Shown: positions 1 through 12,735 of the stretch, in pieces | How the letters are laid out: each line of letters opens with the position of its first letter | How positions within the stretch are numbered: position 1 is the stretch's first letter | Origin: Camelus dromedarius | Taxonomy: Eukaryota | Assembly (NCBI RefSeq): GCF_036321535.1 | Contig: NC_087436.1 | Location: 61,382,001-61,446,000, forward strand | DNA: 64,000 nucleotides | Reading direction: 5' to 3' | Position numbers and translations under genes: made by a program | The notes under the pieces: model-generated | What the model saw: the letters and a program-made list of their open reading frames with translations, nothing else | What the model was told of the DNA's origin: nothing | Databases searched by the model: none

Positions 1-1104
1 TCAGTGCTTTTCTGGTGTGAGTATTCATTGGTTCTGCAATTTAGCACTGTTTATTTTTCTCCAGATAGATGGTGACAAAAATGGTCAAATAATTAACTTG
101 CCTATCCTGGTTGTCCTATACAATGCAGTAGCAAATTCACATGGAGAAGGTGGGCTGACTCTTAATTCTCCCATCAAAAATATATTAACATTTAGCATGT
201 TTTAATATTTTCATGAAAATAAGTACTGAGGTCTAGAAAACCAGTAAATTCTTTTCTCCTTTTCTGTCTCTCTGTTTCCTGCTTTCCTTCCCCTCCCCCT
301 CTCTCCAATATTCATTTCTTTCTTAAATTATGCTGTTCATTGACATAAGACTTGTGCTGCCACTTTGATAGAGAAGCCGGAAGAGAGAGAGTGCGGCATT
401 AGGGAAGCAGTAGGTTGTGCATATGAAATTTAACAAACAGGGGCTGGTCCCTCATTTCATTTTAGAAGAAAAGAACTGACAATGGTAGAAACATTATTTC
501 ATATCTATTCTCAATAGAGTTATGTAGAAAGAAGAATGTTCCACACTATTTTCTCTTTATGTGCTTCTTGGAAGAACGCTTGCTGGCTTTACTGGCAACA
601 GCTTGTCATTGACAAACCCCTCTTAATTGTTCTTAACTCCGTTAGTATTTCTTGTCCATAGATAGTGTTTGTTAGACTACTCTCCTCCCCTGTTTTAGTT
701 ATCTTTTTCATTTATCCTGTGAGGAAACGTTTTAAACAAGGACATCTATTTATGTTTCAAACACAATTTGCTCTATGATTAGTTTTCTTTTCCAACTTTG
801 CTGGTGTCAGAGTACAGGTAGGATAGCATTTATAAACAGAAGGAATTTTTCGCTATCTTACTAATTCACGGTAATATACCATGGGTCAGGAAACTTGTGT
901 TTTATTTCTGGCTCTGCCTGGTACTTACTTGCTTTTTTTCTTTTTAAGAAGTCATTGGCAATAATAATTTTTAATCTATACATCTCACAAATCTATATGA
1001 CTGATATGCAAAACATGGGATATTGAATAGAAAAGAAAGGATTTTAAAAGCTGTAATAAGATACTAATAGAGATCTTACATACAGTATTGCTTTCTGGAA
1101 TTAT

Positions 1105-1215
1105 TTATTGATCATTTATTCATTAAAGTGATCAGCATCTAGAATGTGCTGGGCACTGTACTACATGATGTAGATGCAATAATAAATGATACAAATTCTT
1201 GTCTTAGGACAAAAT
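1105..1215 (-). mobile_element. L2 LINE 3' end fragment
   Basis: catttattcatt...agcatctagaatgtgctgggcactgtacta matches the reverse complement of the L2 3' terminus. Confidence 0.55.
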
Positions 1216-2199
1216 ATACATCATCAGGATTTGCTGAATCACCAACTTAAAATTATTATAAAATTTTTCCTGATCTAATTTTGTGAGTTCACCTAAGTTT
1301 TAATAGTTTTCCAATTGATCAAGTCCATTTGCTTATTTTACTGGTCGAGGGAAAGTTGAAATTGCTAAATTTAAATAATGAAGTCAATATCCAGTTAATG
1401 TCTTGATTTCTGTGACTTGTCCATATTTTACCTCGTTGCTAATAATGATACCAACTTTTATTTATTGAGTACTACTCTTTTTTCTATTTAGTATCTTAGC
1501 TTGTCCCGTTTGTGTTTTGGGCCCATTCTTCAATTTTCTTTGATTGACTTTGATACCTTTGGTTCAGACTGCCTTGTTACTGGCTTCATTTTCTCCCTAT
1601 CACAAATTATGTATTTCATCTGTCTTCAGTTTTTTTTTCCAGTGGAGAATTTTAGTTTCCACTCAATATTGAATATTTCCTTTCTTTTTTTGGTCAAGGT
1701 ATATGATAAAACATTGAGTTAAATGTTTTTGGAGCTGAGTGAGAGTCCATGTAATCTGCCTTCATTTCTCTGTGTGTATGTATGTTTGTGCATGCAGCTT
1801 ACACCCTCAATTTACCAAAACAATCTTGTCATAGATACTTCCTGAAGGTCATGCAGCACATATAAATTAAATCCATCTATCATAGGTTTCTTTTATTTGA
1901 AAGTACTCCTTGAAGATACTTAGAAGAATTTCCATGAATAATTTGAAAATTGTTGCTTTAGGAAATGTGCTCATTTAAGAGTCTTCTAGAATTATTTCCT
2001 CCTGTTCTGAAGAGATTATTGGCTTTGATAGGGTCTTCTTTATAATTGGGACAGTTACTCTTAGTTTGCTAAATGTATTTGTGAGGAAATTGTCACATTC
2101 AGTGTTATAATACAAACCTAAACTTGTAAGACTTACAGTGAAGGAAAAATAATCTCTTCATGGGAGGGATAACTGGATACTACTAGCATTATCTCTTAC

Positions 2200-3090
2200 A
2201 TTATCAGGGAAATTTTGGTTTCAAATGACAGAAACTCAACTGGAACTAAATTACGCAAAAGAATGACTTATTGAAAAGATCCTGATATAATTCTGAGAAT
2301 CGTTGTAATTGAAGAACACTCAAGGTTTGGAAGGCAGGAACTTGGGAAAGTCCTTTAGGGGTTTTACTAGTTAAGATATCAGTTTACCTATTTTAATAGC
2401 ATGGCTTAAATAAGACAGATTTATTTATCTCTTATGTAAAAGCATGAGTGAGTAGACAGTCCAGGGGGAGGAAGTCACCTGATCTGTGTTATCCAGAGTC
2501 CAAAGTTCTTTCTATCTGATTGTCCACCATACCTAACCATGGTATATTTTCTGTGTGATTTATTCTGGATCACTTCCTGTCAGGTCTAAGCTGCAGCTGC
2601 TGGAGCTTGGGAATTGGGAAAATGGAGTAAGCTGTTTCCTTATAAGAAAGTGACACAGAAATTATTTATGTCACTTTTGCTGCCATGTCTTTGAGCTTAG
2701 TCATGACACTGCAAGAGAGGCTAGAAAACAGTCTCTAGCTGGTAAGCCATATGCCCCACTAAAACTTGTGGGCTCTATTATGAAAAGGAAGAATGGGACA
2801 AAGGAGAGCAGGAACAAATTGCAGATTTCACCACAGGACTAGCAACCCTTGAACGTGGTCAAGATTCCATCTTTGGCACTTTTGTCTCCTTATCTCCACC
2901 AATGAGCTTCATTCTGTTCTACTGCAGGATACAGAGCAGGAGATACGGTTATCAGTGGCTCTGTGTTTATACTTCCTCAGCATCAAGGTCAATATCATCT
3001 CCAACAAGTAGACTCAATTCTTTTTTTGTCCCTGGTACATTGCCCAAGGAGGCTCTGGCTACAGAGGAAGGTGGAGTTCTAGTTAAGGGT
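2200..3090 (-). mobile_element. MaLR LTR (MLT1K-like), interrupted by a second MLT1
   Basis: ttggtttcaaatgacagaaactcaactggaacta...gacttattg is the typical MLT1K/J terminus; similarity appears to resume after 2835. Confidence 0.5.
2364..2835 (-). mobile_element. MaLR LTR (MLT1J-like), nested
   Basis: atggcttaaataagacagatttatttatctc...cttagtcatgacactgcaagagagg...ctctattatgaaaaggaagaatggg...ccaca terminus. Confidence 0.7.
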
Positions 3091-3094
3091 ATCA

Positions 3095-3415
3095 CTCATT
3101 TTATTTAACACATATATATTGAGCACCCATGTGCCAGGCAGTATCATTGATCTGAACCAAATCTGACCTGGTATCTATTTTTGTAAATAAACTATTATTG
3201 GAACATAGTCACACCCATTTGTTTTCATATTGTTTGTGGCTGCTTTTGTGCTACAACAGCAGAGTTGAGTAGTTATGACAGAAATAGTATGTTTTTGAAG
3301 TCTAAAATATTTATTATGTGGCCCTTAATGGGAAAAGTTTGCCAACCCACTGTTCTAAGTGTTAGGGATATGATGGTGATCAAGATGTGCAAAATCTCCA
3401 TCCTTTTGGAACAAA
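3095..3415 (-). mobile_element. L2 3' end, split by MER58A
   Basis: tattgagcacccatgtgccaggca on the left, ttctaagtgttagggatatgatggtga on the right. Confidence 0.6.
3150..3352 (+). mobile_element. MER58A (hAT-Charlie) DNA transposon
   Basis: tttttgtaaataaactattattggaacatagtcac...gcagagttgagtagtt...aaatatttattatgtggccctt...aaagtttgccaaccc. Confidence 0.85.
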
Positions 3416-4479
3416 TATACGTAGGATTTGCCCTCTGAGATCCATTTTTTATGGGTGATTCCTACCTCTTACTAGGGTGTTTGATAGCAAATAATTTGTC
3501 TGTTCATTATCCACATAGATTTTCAGGTCTCTTTGGGATAGCCCTGCATGACATGGTATGTCCATACAAGGAGAGTTATGTATGCCATTAAAACCCCAGT
3601 TCAACATCCTTATGAACTTATAGAAAGAAATTTCAAGTCATCAAAATGACTTTTGTACCTTCGGTTATGTCTTGTACTTGGTTCCTGGTCCTTCTTGGGC
3701 CATGGATAATTTGAGCTGTCATTTTGTTGTGTGATCTATTTATATGGCTGTTTTCTTGCTTCTCACTATTTTCCATCTGGCTTGTTTCATTTTCTTGCTC
3801 TTTATTTTCATAGCATTTGAATTATTTTCATAATGGGTGTATTACCTATGGCTGAAACTGATATTCTTTTTTTCTCATTTAAATATCTCCACCTTCTCCA
3901 GTTAACTCTTCATTTTTTCTTAACATTTTATAGAGGTGAATTCAGAATGTAGAAATTCTTTCAGTTAGATTGAGGTTACTCATTACAGGTCTCACTCAAT
4001 CTGCAAAGTAATGCAGTACATTAGTTTAACGCTCATATGTCCTCCACTGCAGGATGACATCCCGCCAACATCTGATTGTAAAGTATCAAGATTGGAGCCT
4101 TCCTGTAATACAGCCATTGTGAGTGCAGAACTTGTCTGTCTAGAAATATGCTGCCATCAGTAGGTGGATAATTAATATAAAGGGAAGTAATGAGGTAGGG
4201 GGTAAAGGTACAAGACTCTCATGGCAGGAGAAATTTATGATGGGAGAACTTTATAATGAGAACAAAGTGTACATTAGTAAATTTATCAAAGGGTCAAAAT
4301 GGAAAACATAGAACAATTTTCTGGTGTTGAGAGAAAAGGACAGTTTTTGAAATTAAATGACCTGAATCCTAATACCAACCCTCCATCAACATGCCTTTTG
4401 CCTTGGTTTACATAACTTAATTGAGGAACTGAGTTACATTGATATTCCATAAAGTATGCCCTACACATGTTCTATAAAA

Positions 4480-4870
4480 AAAGGGATTAGTAGTTTAAAA
4501 AGCTTAAGAAATGCTGCAGAGTATATTTCTCTCTTGGAAAGTTGTTTCAAAAAGTCTTGCAGTAGGAGGGAGAGTGTAGCTCAGTGGTAGTGTGTGTGCC
4601 TAGCATGCTGAGGTCCTAGGTTCAATCCCCAATACCTTCATTAAAACAAACAAACAAACCTAATTACAAATTTTTTTTAAAAACCCCAGTACTTGGTAAA
4701 ACTTAAAAAAAAAAAAAGTCTTACAGTAAAGACACCTATCTAATTTTGTTTGACTCAGGTCTTAAACTTTTGACCAAGGGATGCCCTTTTGGAGAAGAAT
4801 GAAAGGGTTAACATATTTTAACAAACTGGAGAACTAGTGTTTATGAAATTATTTTCTGGAACTCTGAAAT
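4480..4870. mobile_element. old hAT/Charlie-type DNA transposon relic, split by a SINE
   Basis: shares ordered motifs (agaaatgctg, tcttgca..taaa, ttgttt..ac, aaactt) with the element at 31360-31640. Confidence 0.4.
4565..4712 (+). mobile_element. tRNA-derived SINE (camelid vic-1-like)
   Basis: A box TAGCTCAGTGG 4577-4587, B box GGTTCAATCCC 4619-4629, (AAAC)n ctaattac body, A tail; TSD AAAAAGTCTT(G/A)CAGTA at 4549-4564 and 4713-4728. Confidence 0.9.
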
Positions 4871-6304
4871 ATAGTCTTTAGTGTGTCTTTTCAAATTCAA
4901 AACTCTTACAATTGTAAATATTAATTGTATTTCTACATGTATTTGCCATTCTATTTTTACTGACCTTCAGTGTTGACACCAAACCACCTGAGAGTTTGAT
5001 GTACCTACATAATATGTAATACTGGGGGTGGAAAGTATATTTATATTCCCTACAAACAAATACAGCCCAGTACTATCAAATTTACAGTTTGAGGCTCTTC
5101 CAACTGGTTTTCTGGCGTGTATAACTTATGTTCCCTGTCAAGCTAAAGTAGAACCTGCTTTACCCATAGCTTATTAGAAGGTTTAATGACAATAATTTTC
5201 TGTGAAGTTAATTAAATTACAGTTTTACTTGCAATTGTGTGTGCATTGTAACATCCCAGAAGTCTTGTTGTTAGTAATAGAAAGTAGTGTTCAGAATGTT
5301 TGTTTTACTGTTTATGGAGTTTTCTGTAAAGATCTGCCTCAGCACACTGTTTTCTTCTTTTTTCCTAACTCTTTTAGGAATAGTTAATTTAGAGCTTTAT
5401 CCTTAATTCTGTGAATGCTAACATGTATGAACTTACTCTTTTGTGTTAATTTGTGAAAGCACATACAAAGAGGACCTTCCTGATTTTGTTTGTGCAGCCA
5501 CAGTTCAAGACTGTAAATGGTACACAGTGTTGTTTTAGAGTAAGCACACTGAAGCTACTTGTATTATGGGTATCGAGAGATGAAGAACTTTCCAATTTCT
5601 ACCCACCATCAAAATAAGAAATTAGAATTGGTGGAGGAGTTCTTCATCAGCTTTTAAGGCAGTGAAGTTGAACCTGTTCAACTTATTACCCTCAAGTTTT
5701 ACCCATAATCGAGAAGTAAGAAATTATCCTTGTTAGGTAAGAAGATATCTTCCTGCAGAATTGAATAAATGAGCAATTTAACAAAATGCCACTGTAGTAT
5801 GACGGATTACCAAGGACTTTCAGAAATGAGACACTGTACTATGAATGAACTCTATTAGGAAAGAAATGGAAGAAGAAATATCTTGTGCAGAAACACTGAA
5901 CTGAGTCCTTCTCTCATACAAGAGTTGTTAATGGTTCCAGTAAGCACTGAAAGGAAATTTTAATAGTATAAGCTGGCCTCGTTTATGGAATTTTCAACTG
6001 GCACATTCTTCCAGCTTTTAGTAAAAAATGTAACTGTTAGTGGCTTAAATTGAAATTTTTGACAGACATTTCACCAAATGTCTTTTCCCTCTTTGTTAAA
6101 GACAAAGTACAGATCTTTAGCTGACCCAGAGGCCCCTTTTCTTTCAGAAAGTGCTTTTCATTTATTGCAGGGCTGCCTTGGTGGTGATTATGAACCTGGA
6201 CAGTATGTTAAATTGGTCAAGAAAAATCAGTCACTTATTATTGTAATCTGAAAGTGGGAAGGAGCAGAAACATCCCATAGAAACTTACTCTCAAGGGGAT
6301 TCGT

Positions 6305-6535
6305 GGCATGGTGGTGTAAATAATTGGAACTTCATTTTCCATCCCCATCACTTTCTAGTTGCATCATCTCAAGACAATTACTTCATTTCTCTTTGCTTCA
6401 GTTTTCTTATCTATAAAATGGGGATTATGAAAATGCCCCCTCTTCCCCCAGCAGAGTTGTTGTCAGGATCAAAAGAGGCAGTATATGTGAAGTACTGGGA
6501 ATATTATTGTCACTCAGAAATGTGAGGTGCAGTTA
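6305..6535 (+). mobile_element. MIR SINE
   Basis: core ttacttcatttctctttgcttcagttttcttatctataaaatggggatta...gttgttgtcaggatcaaa. Confidence 0.8.
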
Positions 6536-8569
6536 TCAGTGGTTGCAGAGATTGCAATGGTTTTCATCAAGTTTGTTAATCAGGGAAGTATATATCCAGT
6601 TGGTTCATCAGCAGAATCTTTGTAGGCCCTTGAAAAAACAATCTTACGTTGTTTTCTCAAAGATAAAGCCAATACAATTGTTGAAATTGCAGCAGCAGCA
6701 ATTTTCTTCATGGTTATAATGTTATATTGCACCTAGGTTCTTAAATATATCTTTTAGTTTCAGCTTATTATGGTTTAAGAACATCAGGAAGAGGAAGAAG
6801 AACCAGCATGAGGTTGATGGTTGAGTGGCAACTGTAATCTTCCATGTAAGAGAATCTTTGCTAATCTAAAAGCTACCTTCTGGTTATGCAAAAGTTTAAT
6901 GAAATATAGGCACAAAGTGGTGTTTTCTATCCAACAAAGAATAAGTGCAGTCACAGAATTTAAGCATGTTGAGTTATTCTTTCCAAAATCAACCACCTAA
7001 GGACCAAGGAATACGATTTAAAACAAAATTTCTATGCATTCTTTTTTTGAGTGAACAAAACAGCTTGTGTAGCTAAACAGGGTAGCTGCAGTGTAATTTG
7101 GTAATGTTTCTATTTGTTGAAGAAATGCCGGATATTTTCAGGAATGGCAAGAAGCAAAACATAGCTCTCATCTGTATGCAGCATAGTCATAACACAAAAT
7201 TATGAGCTCAGAGATATGATTTCTGAAAAGATTGAATTAACATTGTGAAAATAGGGCCCCCTCATTTGCATAAATCTGGGGAATGCCATAGCATGACAAA
7301 GCTAGCAATTTATTTTGCTGTAGGGAAGAGTGAGTTTGTAGGGACCTCTATAGCTCTGGCTCCCTGATTGAAGTCAGGAGTGGGAGTTCACTCTTTGTAG
7401 GAGGGCCTGAGAATCGGTATAGTTTACTCTCAACTCAAAGCTCACCTGAAATAAAAAGAAATACCTTTAGAAATTCTGCTTGAAAAATGTTGAGTATCTT
7501 TTGACAGATAGCTCTCTGTAGTGAAAATTCCTCTGGGAGAGAAGAGTGTAATTGTCTGTTTGACACAAAAACGATTGTAGCCTTTCTAGCTAACTATGGT
7601 TACCCCCAGGTGACCTCTGATTCCTTGAGCTTTCAAGAAGGAGACCCTGACCTGGAGGGAATCAAAGCTTTTCGTTGGAAACCAGGAACCTGCTGACACG
7701 TTCCTGGGGTCAGATGATCATTTTATATCCAGTCTTAACTGAAAAAAAAAAAAAAAATCACTGATATTCACAAAGCCAGCAAGCTGGTGTCTCTTCTTAG
7801 ATGGCTGATGTGTTGCTCTCAGGACTTTCCTGTGCTGTAACTCTTTTTCTTAACTAATGCATATTAACTGTTAAAGGTGCAGGAATGGAGGAGCAGAGTC
7901 ATAGGTATGGAATGTAAAAAGATGAAATGACAGCCGTAATGTTATATTGTGAAGCTGGAAGGAAGAGGAAGTGGACACAATATAAACAAAGGTACATTTA
8001 GGTGTCCTCCTCTGCAGTCAGGAGATCAGCTCTGTGGGACTGGGATGCATTCTACATAAGAAACATGATCTGACCCAATGCATGGCTAGAAGAGTTTGAT
8101 TTAGAAAGGTGTTGTCTAAAAAGCCAGAAGAGATTGATCTAAGTGGGAAAAAGGGTCTTTGGAATGAAAAACACTGAGTTTGAAAGAGTTTGTTTTCTGC
8201 CTGCTGAGATGGGGGCTCCCACTTTCACCGCAGGTGATTGATACTGCAACTACAGGGTCCTGTTCTACACTGAGCCTTCTCATATAATGTGAGTTGTATT
8301 TTCCCCATTCTTTCTGTAGCCCAGAGATCTGAGCCAGTCTGTGCAACATTCATAAAAATAAAAGTTAAAAATCAAAGTTAACAATTAAGGTGAATAAAAA
8401 TTTCTTTTCCTTCCACTGAAACAGTCCCCCCTCATTAAATTAACAATTACACAAACAAACAAACACAATAACACACAACTTACATGGATTCTGAAAACCA
8501 CAGAATGCAGGTGAAAATGGCTAATTTGTTCAGTATAGACCAGGTAGAATTGATTCTGAAGCCCTGAAT

Positions 8570-10480
8570 AATTCATAGTCTCACATCTTATGGAGCATGC
8601 AGTTTATAACTGAGACAATAAGTGCTGAAAAAAGCCCAGAGTGTTATAGAAGAAAAGAGGATGGGGCAGTTAATTTTTAGCTGTAGGAAGGCCAGTAGGG
8701 AAAACTCTTTAGAGAAGAGGACATTAGAACTGGACAATTAGGAATGAATGTGATTCTGTTTGTTAAAGAGAAAAGAAGTGATAGGCGTTCCAAGAGAGGG
8801 ACCAGATAAGTAGGAACAGTATGTTGTGAATGTTCATGGTGTGTTCAGGGAAAATTAAATAGGTCAGTATGGCTAGCATAGAGTACATGAGTAGAAGGGG
8901 CTAGTGATATATAGTTGGAAGGCAAGTTGAAATTATATCATAAAGGGTGTTTGTAAGTCATTCATGCTGTTGGGTTTTGGATTTCATTAAACACTCAAAG
9001 GGTTTTAGAGCAGGGCAGTGCTATGTTCAATCTCTGCAGAGTAAAGGGTACATCTGGGATGGAGAAACCTGGAGAAAGGGAAATGGATTAAGAAGCTATT
9101 GTTATAGCCTAGATCAGAGAATATGTAGGCATAGTAAAGTAGGAAGAGGAGATGGATTTGAACAATATTTTAATAGGATAATCAGTTGGGCTTGGTAATT
9201 GGCTGGATGTGGAAAGTGAATTAAAGAAATGAGTCCAAAATGACCTTCAGGTTTCTATCTTGGGGGTTTGGGGTGGACATATCATTCGCAAAGGTTCGGA
9301 ACATACATGGAGGGAAACAGGGATTTAGGGGAATGTTGATTTCAGTTTTGGACATGGTGAATTTTTGATGCTTACTGGATGGTTAGGTGAAAATGTTTAG
9401 TAGGTAATTGGAAGGTGAATTTAGAATCCAGGGGAAATCAGAAGTGAGGAAATGATTTGGATGCCACTTAAATAATGGAAAGTTGAGACAGTGAGAGGTA
9501 ATGAAACCACCCAGAGAGAAGGTATAGGGAAGAAGCAGAAGTACATTAGGGAGGCACCCCGATGAACATCTAATATTTGCTGGGCAATGTCTAAGGAAGA
9601 GGAGCCAGGGAAGGAGATTTAAGAGAAGAATGAAAGGCAATAGGAGAACAAGGATAAATTAATGTTTTGGAGAGTAATATAGAAACGAGTTTCAAGAAAC
9701 AGAGAGTAGTCAATAATGACAGATATTTTAAACAAATCATATTGAATAAAAGCTTCTTTCTGTGTTTTCCCAACTGTGCTTAGCTACCCAGTGGGCCATG
9801 GCTAGCTTATACTGTTCATGTCTATGAAAGAAAGAGGGCTTGGGGAGCGAAGGTGACCTTTGTGTGCAGTAGACAAATGAGCCCCTCCCTCCAGTTGAAG
9901 GCAGTGCTTAGAGCTTGGCAAGCAGCACTTTTTTTTACCTCCTTGCCTGAGCAGTCTTGTGCAGGGTGCATGCTGCAAAACCATATGTAGCTCTGGCTAA
10001 CAGGGGCAGAGGCAGTAAGTAAATTAATGGTTGTGGATCAGCACAAGGATCTAGGAGAAGGGGATGAAGGAATTAAGGTAATGCTGAGTATTTACTTAAA
10101 GTTGTTGCCCTTGGGCCCAAGAATGATAGGGAATAATGTGAAGAGAAGAGACTGGCCAGCTTGAGGGTATTAGTTAGGAAGTCAGTAGAGATCCTGATGA
10201 AATCAAAGAGCAGAGTTTCTGAAGATTGGTAGGGGTGAAAGGATTGATTAGAAAATCAATGGGAATGGATTTTGGAGTAGAAGTAAGGGTTTGACGTGAA
10301 GGATGTCATGAAATAATGGGGCCAAGGTGTTGGGTGGTTTCATCAAAATATATGTTGAAAACACTTGTCAGTTAAGTCAGAAAGACAACTATGATCCTTA
10401 AGGAATGGGAGGGAACAATGGGAGGGTCAGTAAATGATAATGAGGTTGGAAAGAGGGTGGTATGACATGATGTCATAAGA
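8570..10480 (-). mobile_element. long L2 LINE relic
   Basis: purine-rich antisense L2 motifs: gaagctattgttatagcctag, ttggctggatgtgg, caggtttctatcttggg, ttcagttttggacatggtgaattt, ccacccagagagaaggtatag. Confidence 0.8.
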
Positions 10481-12334
10481 CTTCAGCTGGTGGCTAAGCA
10501 GAAAAAGAACTTTTTTTTTTTTTCTGCATGACTAGTTCAATTTATAACAACAACTCTTTGGGTAACTAAAAATTCTTAGTCTGGCTGTTTTGTTTGGCTA
10601 TGATGAGTAAAACACAATAGACCAGAGAAAGGCAATAGTAGAGGAAACCATGGGTTTAAAAATTATAACCAGAAAAGTAGGTGGGTTCAGGAAAAATGAA
10701 AAAATTTATTGCTATAATAGAAGAGTAACCAGTCCAAAGGTACACACCTTTTAATACTATTTCCTTAGGTGGCAAAACTGAGAGTGAGAATTTTATGCAT
10801 TTCACCTTGGAGGGAATTTCAGCTCCACTAGGCTTTTTGACCAAATCGTCAGAACTGTAAGAAAGCCTAGCATAACCCTGAATTTTGTTACTGGGAAAAT
10901 TTGGTATACCATCAGTATTGTGCTCTAACTTATTGATTCAATGCTTAAGAACTTCAACTACCAGTTTTCAATTCCTCCTTAAGATCTTTAATCTGGATCT
11001 TTATTTGAGAGAGCTGAAAGCTTTGAGATTACCTTGTTTTTCAAGAAGGTACACACCTGAAATATGTATTGATATGAGAAGAAAAGAAGGATATATACAT
11101 ATTTTTACAGTCAAATAAAATATTTGAAATTCTTTATTCCTCTCTGCTGCTAAGGTTTTAAGAGTGAAAGTGCCAATGACAAAACAACAACAAAAGAAGT
11201 GTCAAAAGACCTCAGTTTTTTATTCATTTGTGTTCTCTAAAACTCAGTGGTGTAACTGGTAAAAAGTGGTTCTGATACAGAACTTGGTGTGGTTTTCCAC
11301 TATTGTATACCTCTATTCACAATAAAATGAGCTCCTCTCTTTTGTCGTTGGAGTGGAGGAAATGGATGCATTTGGCTAAGTAGGGTGTGGGCCATGGTTG
11401 GGTGATTGAAAGCCAGCACTTTGGAGAGCAAGGGGTCAAATGGGGTTGGGAAGAGAGAGCTGTCCCTTTCTAGGGACACAACCTCCTTCAAAGCTGTGCT
11501 GATCAGGAAGCGTCGTAAGACCTACTCTGAACTCTGCAATGCCTTCATTCCATTGGCTTTGACTTAGTAAAAGTGGACTAGAAGTAGCCTTTCTAAACTA
11601 TTTATATTTATTATAGAACTCTTTAACATAATTACAGCTTTCACAATACCCACTATCAAGTCTAGTTGAACCAAACCTTCCTACTCGTGCACACACTGCA
11701 CATCTGTATGCACTTACACATCTCTTTGGAAGTAAGACAGTTTAAGGATAAGGTACTATCTGTCCAAATGGGTGTTTTGCAGTGGTTCCTTTGTATGGTT
11801 GCTTTGGCGATCACAATAGAGGAGATTTCAAAAGAGACTCTAATCAGTGTAAAGTTTGGAGCCTCTGTCCACAGACTTGACCTTCATTAGTATTTGGACT
11901 ATGAAGAGATAGCATGGAAGTTCAGGGTTCTTATTTTTGGTGAACCCTAATATGTTGTTCCTAGATATGGTTACTGCATGTATAGCTCTGCTACCACCAT
12001 TCACGTGGCTTATTTTCCACATATGCAAATTAAACAACCTGGTCTTAGAGTTACAACCTCTCTCTCTCTCTGGTTCCCCTCTTTTCCCTAATCTCACATA
12101 CCACAGCTTCCAAGGGGCAGAGAGGGGTAATCATTTTCTATGCGTAGGCTGTGGTGAGAGGAAGTTGCCCTCAGGTCTGGCTCCTTAAGCCTCTAGGAAG
12201 AGACCTCAATGTTCTAGAAACATACAAGGCATTTTCCAGGAGTTCTTCATCCCAGTTTCTGCTGCCTATCCTTATAACCTGGAGACCTGGATGTATGTAT
12301 GATTGTTTTTGATATTAACTTAACATATGCAGTG

Positions 12335-12455
12335 CAATTATTTATTTACTAGACCTTGAGGACCTTGAGAGCAGGTATTGATTTATCTTTGTCTTTTCAT
12401 CCCCTCTTATAGTGCTTGGGACCAATAGATGTTTAGTAATTTTGCTGAATTAAAT
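12335..12455 (+). mobile_element. L2 3' end
   Basis: actagaccttgag..ccttgagagcagg...tagtgcttgggaccaatagatgtttagtaattttgctgaattaaat. Confidence 0.65.
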
Positions 12456-12504
12456 TTAATCCCAAACCCCATTCCTTGAGAAGATTAAGTTGAGGCAAAG
12501 ACGA

Positions 12505-12735
12505 TAACGATGATGATGATAAACTGTTGAGTATTTGCTCTGCTCTAGGTGCTATTCCAATTGTATACATACTGGCTTATTTGAACAACAATTTATAAAA
12601 TAGGTTACTATTTCCTCCATTTTAAAGATGAGGAACTTGAGGCTAATTAACCTGCCTAACGTCATTTATCTAATAAGTGATAGATCTGGATTGGCTTAAA
12701 TGGTCTGGCTCCAAAGTCCAAGCCCCATACTGAGT
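12505..12735 (-). mobile_element. MIR SINE
   Basis: ctccattttaaagatgaggaacttgaggct...aacctgcctaacgtca...gtctggctccaaagtcc. Confidence 0.8.

Noticed and set aside
1..22. Possible exon end at the window start (…CTGGT|GTGAGT)
   Set aside because: Only 16 nt of putative exon are visible, the exonic side of the donor is weak, and no protein is recognisable.
4565..4640. tRNA gene
   Set aside because: It has A and B boxes but no complete cloverleaf or acceptor stem, and it has an A-rich tail and a TSD, so it is a SINE.
5665..5684. AAGTTGAAC-CT-GTTCAACTT palindrome, and 12-14-bp palindromes near 23167, 53420, 59101 and 61445
   Set aside because: Arms of 6-9 bp are expected by chance in 64 kb of AT-rich DNA.
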